A DNA stretch of 64,000 bases from Microcoleus sp. (GTDB lineage: Bacteria > Cyanobacteriota > Cyanobacteriia > Cyanobacteriales > Microcoleaceae), in the NCBI GenBank assembly GCA_052279835.1, contig CP181291.1, positions 4,704,001-4,768,000 on the forward strand, read 5' to 3'. The stretch's first letter is position 1; the number at the start of each line of letters is the position of its first letter. The translations under genes and the position numbers were made by a program. Below the pieces are notes generated by a model. That model did not search any database and was not told the origin of the DNA. It saw only the letters and a list, made by a program, of their open reading frames with translations. Positions 32,248-40,366 of the stretch are shown here, in pieces.

Positions 32248-32607
32248 TCAGTCCAAGACGAGCAACACTACATTAGTTCCTGCCCTATAGCGTTCGACAT
32301 ATTTTCCTCTAACGCCACCCTTCATCTTACTAAAATTATACTCAGGACGTAACTCGTCCTCTAGCTCTTGATTATTCTCCATCTTCATAAAATCTCCGCT
32401 CATTTCGGGTTGCCTCTCGCGCACTGATAATCCGAACGCGATCTTCTCGATCTGTTCGTGTTTGTTTTCGTAGACTTCAACTAAGGTGACTAATATTTCT
32501 AATCGATCGAATTCTGGAGTTCCTTGAGGAGCTTCAAACAAACGCTCTATTTCTTTCAGCGATGCTTTGTAATCTTCTTGGCTTCTAATAGGTTGTAGGC
32601 TGTACAT
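32248..32607 (-). pseudogene. Chimeric ORF: HigA N-terminus fused to a second antitoxin-like fragment
   Basis: PIRSQEDYKASLKEIERLF...LVEVYENKH then EDELRPEYNFSKMKGGVRGKY; both parts truncated. Confidence 0.65.
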
Positions 32608-33219
32608 AAATCATTTGCGAATTTCTTGCTCCCTCCCCTTACTAAGGGGAGGGCTGGGGTGGGGTCAAAAATTTACGATTCATTTAGGATTGCTATATGA
32701 CTCCATACTAAACCGCATCAGGCGATCGCTCGAAAACAATTTCTTCATAGAATTGCTCGATCGCCAAACTCAATCCAATACTTTTAAGCTCAACGCGATC
32801 GCCCGATCTATAGCTCAGAATCAACCAATCCCCCGCATCATTTCTGTGATAAATATCGATCGCCATCTCATCAGAACTCACTAAAACATAATCAACCAAA
32901 TTCGGATTGCGGCGATATTTGTCAAACTTCTTGCCTCGGTCGTAAGCCTCGGTACTATCCCATAAAACCTCAACGATTAAGCAGGGATAGGTAATATATT
33001 GAGGGCTAGAATTATCTCGCCGATCGCAAGTGACACTCAGATCGGGATAGGTATAGTTGCTAGTATTGAGGATATTTACGCGGCAGTCAGAATTGTATGT
33101 TTTACAACCACTACCCCGCAGATGGGGCTTGATCGTCAGTAAAAAGTTTCCCGCGATATCACTGTGATTTCTAGTGCCGCCACTCATCGCATATACGCGA
33201 CCATCGATTATAGCCTTTC

Positions 33220-34176
33220 TCAGATAGATGAGGTGCAATAACAGCAGTGAGTAAACCAATTCCACAGGTCTTGCTCATCAATTTGCTCAAATGCGCTTAC
33301 TATCGCCGAGTCTAATGCTTGATAGGTTCTCGCACCAAAAGTACGGAGAAGATACTTCAGCTTTGACCATACATTTTCAATTGGCGAAAAGTCGGGAGAA
33401 TACGGGGGTAAAAATATTAACTTTGCTCCCGCTTTCTTAATGGCTTTTTCTATTTCTTCCCCTTTGTGAATACTATAGTTGTCCATCAATACACAAGCAC
33501 CTTTCCAGAGTTTTGGCACAAGTTTTCTGATGATAAAAGCCTCAAAAGTAATCCCATCTATTGAGCCTAATAAATTCACTGATGTCAGCAGTTTTTTGAC
33601 AGATATTGCTCCCAATATCGAGACATTTTTGCCACGTCTATTTGGTTTAGGCCCAAGGGCTCTTGAGCCTTTTAACGACCGGGCATATAATCTAACCATA
33701 GCTAGATTAACCCCCGACTCATCAATAAATATTAAATTATTCATATTCAGATTTCGGATTTGCTGCCAGAACTCATATCGAAGGTTTTGAACTCTGTCAC
33801 TGCCTTTAGCTGAGGGGAAGAGAGTTTTTTTTTTGTAAGTTATGTTCAACCGTTGTGCCATTCTTCCCATTGTAGCCCTACTGATATTTACGCCGATTTT
33901 TTGCTCGAGTAAATGACAGAGTTCTTCGAGGGTGGCATCGTTATTTTTTTCAATTAATTCCGCTAAAATAACCAGTTGTTCAGGTTTGAGTTTAAGTAGG
34001 CCCCCGCATCGATGAGTTTGAGGGGCAATACTTTGGGTTTGGCGATACTGTTTAAGCAATTTTTGAACGAAGCTAGTCGCCACACAAAACCGCTTGGCTA
34101 TTTGTCTTTGTGAGATGGGCTCACTATGGTAAACATTAATTATTTTTTGTCGAAAGTCAATAGAATAAGATTTCAT
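33220..34176 (-). CDS. IS630 transposase (single frame)
   Basis: MKSYSIDFRQK HTH, FIDESG, MDNYSIHK, LPPYSPDFSPIE. Confidence 0.92.
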   Translation of the reverse strand: MKSYSIDFRQKIINVYHSEPISQRQIAKRFCVATSFVQKLLKQYRQTQSIAPQTHRCGGLLKLKPEQLVILAELIEKNNDATLEELCHLLEQKIGVNISRATMGRMAQRLNITYKKKTLFPSAKGSDRVQNLRYEFWQQIRNLNMNNLIFIDESGVNLAMVRLYARSLKGSRALGPKPNRRGKNVSILGAISVKKLLTSVNLLGSIDGITFEAFIIRKLVPKLWKGACVLMDNYSIHKGEEIEKAIKKAGAKLIFLPPYSPDFSPIENVWSKLKYLLRTFGARTYQALDSAIVSAFEQIDEQDLWNWFTHCCYCTSSI

Positions 34177-34215
34177 TTTTAGTAAGGTGTGATGCTTTTT
34201 ACAATCAGGGAATAG

Positions 34216-34352
34216 CTGTGACCCGATCGACTGCTTTTGGCGATCGACTGCTGTGACCCGATCGACTGCTTTTGGCGATCGACTGCTTTTGGCGATCGAC
34301 TGCTGTGACCCGATCGACTGCTGTGACCCGATCGACTGCTGTGACCCGATCG
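34216..34352. repeat. 17/18-bp tandem array with eight CGATCG sites inside IS630
   Basis: A=CTGTGACCCGATCGACTG, B=CTTTTGGCGATCGACTG; order ABABBAAA (last unit partial). Confidence 0.92.
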
Positions 34353-34708
34353 GGGCTTCAATCACAAGATTGAATTAGAGCTGTGCGATCTTTTTGAACT
34401 AAATATTTTCCACTCTGTTCTTGTCAGTTACATTGTATCTCATCTACCTGAGAAAGGCTATAGCTCATGTTTTTCTAACTGTTTCTCCTCCCAAGCAAAA
34501 TACTCTTCAGGCGTAAAGTACCGCTCCTGCTCTTTAGCTGCAATCATAACAATCTCCTAATTTAATTGCTCTCTAGCGATCCTAAATCATTTGCATAATT
34601 CTTGTAGGGGCTCGCTTGCCCCGTGGTTGCCCAATCCCTCGGAGGGCGGGCACTCTTGGCACCGCCCCTACATATCTGTATGAATGATTTAGGATTGCTC
34701 TATCAATT

Positions 34709-35293
34709 TTAAGGTGTTGTTTCTGGAGTAAGGTCAAGGCCGCGATAGACTTGTTCGATCGCAAAACTGAGATTGATGCTTTTGAGTTCTATAGTGTCGC
34801 CTGCTTGGTAGTTAATAATGAGCCACTCACCAGCGTCATTTTTATGATACAAGTCCATTTCGATGCTGGTGGAACTGACTAATAAATAATCTTGTAAGAC
34901 TGGATTTTTGCGATACATTCTAAATTTGCCACCTCTGTCATAGGATTCGGTGCTAGGCGAAAGAACTTCAACGATTAGGCAAGGGTAGGTAATGTATTGG
35001 GTTGTGGTTTTATCGCGATCGTCGCAGGTGACGCTGGCATCGGGGTAAGTGTAGTTACTAGATTCAAAAATATTAATTTTGACATCAGAATTACCTGTTA
35101 TGCAACCGCTATTTTCTAAATGACTATCGAACATACCAGTAAGCCTAATGGCAATGCGACCGTGATTGACGCTGCCGCCACTCATGGCGTAGACTTGACC
35201 GTCGATATACTCATGCTTTTCTAGCTGCTTTTCTTCCCAGGCGAAGTATTCTTCTGGGGTAAGTTGGGGAAAGTTTTCTTTTGCAGCGACCAT
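34709..35293 (-). CDS. Uma2 family endonuclease
   Basis: HEYIDGQVYAMSGG, YPDASVTCD, VEVLSPST. Confidence 0.92.
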   Translation of the reverse strand: MVAAKENFPQLTPEEYFAWEEKQLEKHEYIDGQVYAMSGGSVNHGRIAIRLTGMFDSHLENSGCITGNSDVKINIFESSNYTYPDASVTCDDRDKTTTQYITYPCLIVEVLSPSTESYDRGGKFRMYRKNPVLQDYLLVSSTSIEMDLYHKNDAGEWLIINYQAGDTIELKSINLSFAIEQVYRGLDLTPETTP

Positions 35294-35452
35294 TTTTTTA
35301 GGTAATAGGTAGTAGGTAATGGGTAATGGAGTTTATTTGTATTCCCTATTTTAGTCTCGCGCAAACATTTTTTGCAGGAAGTCTTTTTAGAATAATTTGG
35401 ACAGTTTTTAAAGAGGGATGCGATCGCCAACATCCCGCAAACCGCCAAAGTT

Positions 35453-36412
35453 TTACTCTTCCACCCGATAGCCCAATTCTGCTAAACGAGTCCGAGACTG
35501 CCGCCATTTCGGTTGCACCTTGACAAATAGCTCCAAATATACTTTACCCTCAATCAACTTTTGAATCTGTTCGCGGGCCGCACTGCCGATCGCCTTTAGC
35601 ATAGTGCCGCTCTTACCGATTAAAATCCCTTTTTGGGAGTCCCGTTCGACGTGAATTGAAGCGAGAATGCGAGTGATTTTTGGTTCTTCTTCCACAACTT
35701 CGATCGCGATGGCTACAGAATGCGGTACTTCCTCCCGCGTTTGCAACAAAATCTGTTCCCGAATCAACTCACCCATGATAAAGCGTTCCGGCTGGTCAGT
35801 CACCAAATCCGGCGGATAATAATAAGGCCCAACGTCCAAATGTTCGACTAATAATTTTTGCAGCGACTCCACACCCTCGCCAGTTAGAGCCGAAAACTTG
35901 ACCACAGGCCACTGAGGATTGACAATTTGCTCGTAAGTGCGATCGATTAACACGGAATCAGGAGGCTGTTCGTCCAACTTATTCAGCCCCAAAATCACCG
36001 GCACCTCCGTATTGCTGAGGATTTCCACAATATATCGATCGCCCCCACCAGACTCCACCGAGCCATCCACCACAAATAACACTAAATCGACCGATTGAAT
36101 CGCCGTTCGAGCATTTTGGACCAAAACCTTACCCAATTGGTGGTGAGGCTTGTGAATTCCCGGAGTATCCACAAAAATTATTTGTGCCTCATCCGTAGTC
36201 AAAATACCCCGCAGTCGATTGCGAGTCGTCTGAGAAACCGGCGAAGTAATCGCAATTTTCTGCCCCACCAACAGATTCATCAGGGTTGACTTCCCCACAT
36301 TCGGGCGCCCGACAATCGCCACAAACCCCGATTTGTAACCCGCAGGAGCCGCGGGAACACTCATAACTTCTGATAAGTCTATAATCTTGCTATCTTCCAC
36401 TAAAATCACCAA
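35453..36412 (-). CDS. era: GTPase Era
   Basis: GRPNVGKST, QTTR, DTPG, NKLD, KH domain SQKGILIGKSG. Confidence 0.96.
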   Translation of the reverse strand: MVILVEDSKIIDLSEVMSVPAAPAGYKSGFVAIVGRPNVGKSTLMNLLVGQKIAITSPVSQTTRNRLRGILTTDEAQIIFVDTPGIHKPHHQLGKVLVQNARTAIQSVDLVLFVVDGSVESGGGDRYIVEILSNTEVPVILGLNKLDEQPPDSVLIDRTYEQIVNPQWPVVKFSALTGEGVESLQKLLVEHLDVGPYYYPPDLVTDQPERFIMGELIREQILLQTREEVPHSVAIAIEVVEEEPKITRILASIHVERDSQKGILIGKSGTMLKAIGSAAREQIQKLIEGKVYLELFVKVQPKWRQSRTRLAELGYRVEE

Positions 36413-36853
36413 TATTCAATCCAGCCCCTTCTCCACCCATTCTCGCCTGAAAATGGTAAAACGACAATTCGATCGAGAAGGAAACAGCAACAGCGAAGAT
36501 TTTCTTGACATCCACAGCATCTCGCCATCTCGGCATCTCGCCATCTCCTCATCCCAAAGCTTGATATCTGAGACAAAATTTGATAAAGTTCCCACAGGCA
36601 TCGCTCAAAAATCAAGAATTATGCTCAAACCCAGTTCCCCAACCTGTCAAAAATTCAGACCAGTCAAAATCTAACTGAACTGAAACCATTTTACAGTTGG
36701 TCTGGGAAGGCAGTTTGAAAATTTTCAGGGATGTGTGGTAATCAATTAAGTGGCTGAAACTAACACAAAAAGCTCATGATTAACAGCTTGTTTTTAATGA
36801 GAAACTAAGGTTTGTGGAGTCCACCTAATTAGTGTTCCTATAAAGTTGAGGAG

Positions 36854-37282
36854 ATGAATCGAATGAAATCGAAATTATTTTGGAGTTGCTGCACCGTTTT
36901 GGTAGCCAGCTTGCCGATGCCCAGCTTCGCTCAAACCAAGGCTGAAGTAGGTTTTGACTACAAAGCTGGCCCGATGAAGTATCAAGTCCTACCGGGCGGA
37001 ATCCCTGACAGAAGCTTGCCCAAAGCCTTTGATTTTCCAATTATTACCAATGTTGCTACTGATACTAGCATCACCACCGATTATTTAATTACCGATCAGT
37101 TTCGCGCCCCAGCGACTCGCTCAGAATACACTTCGGCTCTCAACACCTGGTCAGAAGCAGTGAAAGAATGTCTTCGCAAGCAGCCTCGATTGATCCGAGC
37201 CAGTACCAAAAACCCAGTTCAAATTAATGGCAAAGTAGGCACGATTGTCAGAAACGCAAATAACCGTGCTGTTTGCAAATAA
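36854..37282 (+). CDS. Hypothetical exported protein
   Basis: RBS GAGGAG; signal-peptide-like N-terminus ending SFA-Q. Confidence 0.6.
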   Translation: MNRMKSKLFWSCCTVLVASLPMPSFAQTKAEVGFDYKAGPMKYQVLPGGIPDRSLPKAFDFPIITNVATDTSITTDYLITDQFRAPATRSEYTSALNTWSEAVKECLRKQPRLIRASTKNPVQINGKVGTIVRNANNRAVCK

Positions 37283-37328
37283 GCTAGTAGACTCTGCTAC
37301 TTAGCAACAACAAATCAAGGGCATTTTT

Positions 37329-37369
37329 AAACAAAAAGAGCAGTAGAAAAGCTATGGCTCTTTTTGTTT
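37329..37369. terminator. Probable bidirectional intrinsic terminator
   Basis: AAACAAAAAGAGC...GCTCTTTTTGTTT hairpin between convergent genes. Confidence 0.6.
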
Positions 37370-37458
37370 GCTAAATTTCCCTAAATCAATAGTGAGCAAG
37401 CGGTTGAAATCGGAACCAGTAGCTCATCTATCTGCAAAAGGCTCTATTCAAGTCCCTA

Positions 37459-37776
37459 TCAAGTAGCGCAAAATTCATTGGTACTGAGCAAAATTTCGCC
37501 ATAATCAGGAATCCAAGCCAGCCATTTTTCTTCCGAACACTCACACAAAAGCCATGCTTCGTCAAAGCTGAAGGCTGTTGGCGGATTGAATAATCTTACC
37601 CAAGTAGAAGCGGCAAATTTGGGTGGTGGTGTTGAGGGGCGCGAACCAAATTTTTCCCACTCCCGCCCACTCGCGACCCTTGCTTGGGTTGATTGAGGTA
37701 GCCCAGCACAAATATCGGTTTCTAGTTTCATCTCAAACCTCCTGTCGAGGGAAGAGTCTGCACTAGGGCTTGCCAC
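37459..37776 (-). CDS. Conserved-looking cyanobacterial hypothetical protein (start may be 37731)
   Basis: WVRL..P..FSFDEAWLLC....WLAWIPDYGE. Confidence 0.6.
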   Translation of the reverse strand: MASPSADSSLDRRFEMKLETDICAGLPQSTQARVASGREWEKFGSRPSTPPPKFAASTWVRLFNPPTAFSFDEAWLLCECSEEKWLAWIPDYGEILLSTNEFCAT

Positions 37777-37809
37777 AGAGCAAAACGACAGCGCAGAACC
37801 TACTTATAT

Positions 37810-37823
37810 GTATTTTATGATAC
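37810..37823. promoter_or_regulatory. Possible NtcA site
   Basis: tGTA-ttttatga-TACa, an exact GTA-N8-TAC in a divergent intergenic region. Confidence 0.4.
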
Positions 37824-37978
37824 AGATTTCTAGCGTAAATTGTGCTTTTTTGTAGTAAAACTTAACAGTCTGGAGTAAAAATCGGATCGAAGCTACAAAA
37901 ATCCTGTGGCTTTGGTACGATCGCCAAGAATCAATTACCATCACAAAAACCTCTAATCTTCTGACCAAAAATTACAAC

Positions 37979-38539
37979 ATGAATTCAGAGACCAAACCCC
38001 ACTGGAAAACCCTAGACCGGTTTATAGAAATCAACTCCGATTGGGTAAAACTAATCGGCGAACATCTGGAAACATCCGAAGGGAAAACCCTCGAATATTG
38101 GCGGGTAGAAAGGGCAGATTCAGTGGTAATTTTGACAGTTCAAGATGAGAAATTGCTGTTTCCAGTACCAATGTATCGCCCCGGTGTGGGAGAAGCAACC
38201 CTGGATTTTCCCGGTGGTCGCGTACCTGCTGGAGTAACAGCAGCCGACGCAGTTCCAGCTATAATCAAAAGGGAATTAGGAGTGTCAGAAAGTGCGATCG
38301 CCCAACTAAAACCCATTAATGCGATCGGATGGGCAATTAACAGTTCATTCTCCAATCAAAAACTCTACGGTTTTGTAGCAGAATTGCACCCTCAAGCAAC
38401 AGTAAATTCCGCAAATATCGGTGCTGCATATTCAATCACACCAGCAGGAATTAGGGATTTATTAAAATATTTAACTTGTCTCCAATGTCGAGCATTATTG
38501 TTAGAATGGCAACATATGCACCCAATTAACTCTTTGTAG
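37979..38539 (+). CDS. NUDIX-fold hydrolase (degenerate box)
   Basis: YRPGVGEATLDFPGG...IIKRELG. Confidence 0.75.
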   Translation: MNSETKPHWKTLDRFIEINSDWVKLIGEHLETSEGKTLEYWRVERADSVVILTVQDEKLLFPVPMYRPGVGEATLDFPGGRVPAGVTAADAVPAIIKRELGVSESAIAQLKPINAIGWAINSSFSNQKLYGFVAELHPQATVNSANIGAAYSITPAGIRDLLKYLTCLQCRALLLEWQHMHPINSL

Positions 38540-38598
38540 AATAGGCCGGAAAGCCTGTTATTAACTAATCATACAAACCAATATCACTGAAATTACCC

Positions 38599-39354
38599 AT
38601 GGCTTCCCAGAATGAAGTTGCTGTCCAATGCTTCGATGTCACCTATCGCCTCAACCGCCGCAATTTAGTAGAAAACCTCAATTTCAAAGTGCTGCAAGGA
38701 GAAGTTTTGGTCTTGTTGGGGCGCAGCGGTAGCGGTAAAACTACCACGATGAAATTGATTAACAATCTGCTGACACCAAGCAGTGGCGAAATTACTGTCA
38801 TGGGAAAACCCACAACTCAGTGGAACTCCATTCAACTGCGGCGAAAAATTGGCTACGTCATTCAAGAAATCGGTTTGTTTCCCCATTTTACAGTGGAGCA
38901 AAATATCGGTTTAGTGCCAAAATTGGAAGGTTGGGAGGGCGATCGCATTCAATCTCGCGTCCATCAACTGCTAGAATTAGTCAATCTCGACCCCCAGCAC
39001 TTCGCCAAACGCTATCCCAGCCAATTATCCGGCGGACAGCGACAGCGAGTGGGGGTTGCTAGGGCGCTAGCGGCGGACCCTCCCGTGCTATTAATGGATG
39101 AACCGTTTGGTGCTTTAGACCCCATTACTCGCCTGGAATTGCAGCGGGAATTCTATAAATTGCAGCAGCAACTCGGCAAAACTGTGATTTTCGTGACTCA
39201 TAGTATTCAAGAAGCTTTTTTGTTAGCTTCGCGAATTGGTTTGATGCAAGATGGACGGTTGGTTGAGTTGGCTTCTCCTGATGATTTTATGAAATCTCAG
39301 CAACCAGAGGCGATCGCCTTTTTGGAATGTTTGCAATTACCTGGAACTGGATAA
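38599..39354 (+). CDS. ABC transporter ATP-binding protein, osmoprotectant type
   Basis: GRSGSGKTT, LSGGQRQR, LMDEPFGALDPITR. Confidence 0.92.
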   Translation: MASQNEVAVQCFDVTYRLNRRNLVENLNFKVLQGEVLVLLGRSGSGKTTTMKLINNLLTPSSGEITVMGKPTTQWNSIQLRRKIGYVIQEIGLFPHFTVEQNIGLVPKLEGWEGDRIQSRVHQLLELVNLDPQHFAKRYPSQLSGGQRQRVGVARALAADPPVLLMDEPFGALDPITRLELQREFYKLQQQLGKTVIFVTHSIQEAFLLASRIGLMQDGRLVELASPDDFMKSQQPEAIAFLECLQLPGTG

Positions 39355-39429
39355 TTAATAATAACGGCTGTAGGGACACGGCAGTGCCGTGTCCGGCAAA
39401 GATCGTGGATTAGGACACTCCAAGAGCCC

Positions 39430-39635
39430 AAAGCGTGTCAACTTAAGCTGTCAGCCCGCCAAGTTCATTGGTCATCCCGCGAGTCCGACAGGGGTTGAAA
39501 CCCCTGTCTAATAGAAGACAGTCCTCTCAAAGAGGACTAAAGAGTTCTTCAGTCCTCTTTGAGAGGACTTGCGCTTTGAGGCAGGGGTTTCAACCCCTGC
39601 CGGACTATTGGTTCTACCTTAAGTTGACACCTATG
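39430..39635. mobile_element. MITE copy, inverted relative to the 25737 copy
   Basis: GTGTCAACTTAAG...CTTAAGTTGACACCTATG with the same internal hairpins; sits in a GTAGGGACACGG REP. Confidence 0.8.
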
Positions 39636-39677
39636 GGCATTGCCGTGTCCCTACACAATTCCAATTACCAAATACCA

Positions 39678-40322
39678 ATGATACAATTTATCAATCGTTA
39701 TGGCTCAGAAATTCTTCATCGTGCTCTGGAACACTTGTATTTAGTAACAATTGCCATTGCGATCGCGATTGCCTTGGGTATTCCCCTGGGTATTTTAATC
39801 ACGAGAAAACCGCAGTTAAAAAAGACTATTTTGGGTTTTGCCAATATCATGCAAACTATTCCCAGTTTAGCATTATTTGGCTTGCTAATTCCCGTACCGA
39901 TTATAGGCGGCATAGGCGATCGCACAGCCATCATTGCGCTGACTTTGTATTCTTTGCTGCCAATTATCCGCAATACTTATACTGGTATTATGGGTGTCGA
40001 TCCTGCGATTCGGGAAGCTGGGAAAGGCATGGGTATGACTGATTGGCAATTGCTGTTGCAAGTGGAAATTCCGTTGTCAATGGGGGTGATTTTGGCGGGG
40101 GTGCGAGTTGCTGCGGTAATTGCGATCGGGCTCGCTACAATTGCGGCTGCGATCGGTGCCGGCGGTTTGGGGGTATTTATTTTTCGGGGTGTGGCGACAG
40201 TGAATAATCAGTTACTTTTTGCTGGGGCAATTCCGGCTGCTTTGATGGCGCTAGCTGCTGATTTTGGGTTGGGTTTGATTGAACAACGGCTGTCGAAAAG
40301 TGAGATGAAAACTATCAATTAA
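39678..40322 (+). CDS. ABC transporter permease, osmoprotectant type
   Basis: QTIPSLALFG, EAGKGMGM EAA loop, IGAGGLG; start set downstream of the MITE. Confidence 0.9.
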   Translation: MIQFINRYGSEILHRALEHLYLVTIAIAIAIALGIPLGILITRKPQLKKTILGFANIMQTIPSLALFGLLIPVPIIGGIGDRTAIIALTLYSLLPIIRNTYTGIMGVDPAIREAGKGMGMTDWQLLLQVEIPLSMGVILAGVRVAAVIAIGLATIAAAIGAGGLGVFIFRGVATVNNQLLFAGAIPAALMALAADFGLGLIEQRLSKSEMKTIN

Positions 40323-40366
40323 GCCAATCTGTCAAGTTAGGTGAGTGGAGATTTTGCACTCCTTAA

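Larger units (their letters stand above)
33211..34460 (-). mobile_element. IS630-family insertion sequence
   Basis: TIR TAGCCTTTCTCAGATAGATGAG/CTCATCTACCTGAGAAAGGCTA; TA duplication. Confidence 0.93.
32708..34547 (-). pseudogene. Uma2 family gene interrupted by IS630
   Basis: MIAAKEQERYFTPEEYFAWEEKQLEKHEL (34547-34461) rejoins IDGRVYAMSGG (from ~33208) once the IS is removed. Confidence 0.9.

Noticed and set aside
34216..34352. Possible CRISPR array
   Set aside because: Units abut with no unique spacers; no cas genes in the window
36406..36674. Short overlapping ORFs upstream of era
   Set aside because: No recognisable motif; partly heptamer repeats
39468..39677. N-terminal extensions of the permease (also 46424-46498, 34177-34365, 13843-13962)
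   Set aside because: They translate MITE, repeat or UTR DNA; downstream ATGs fit better
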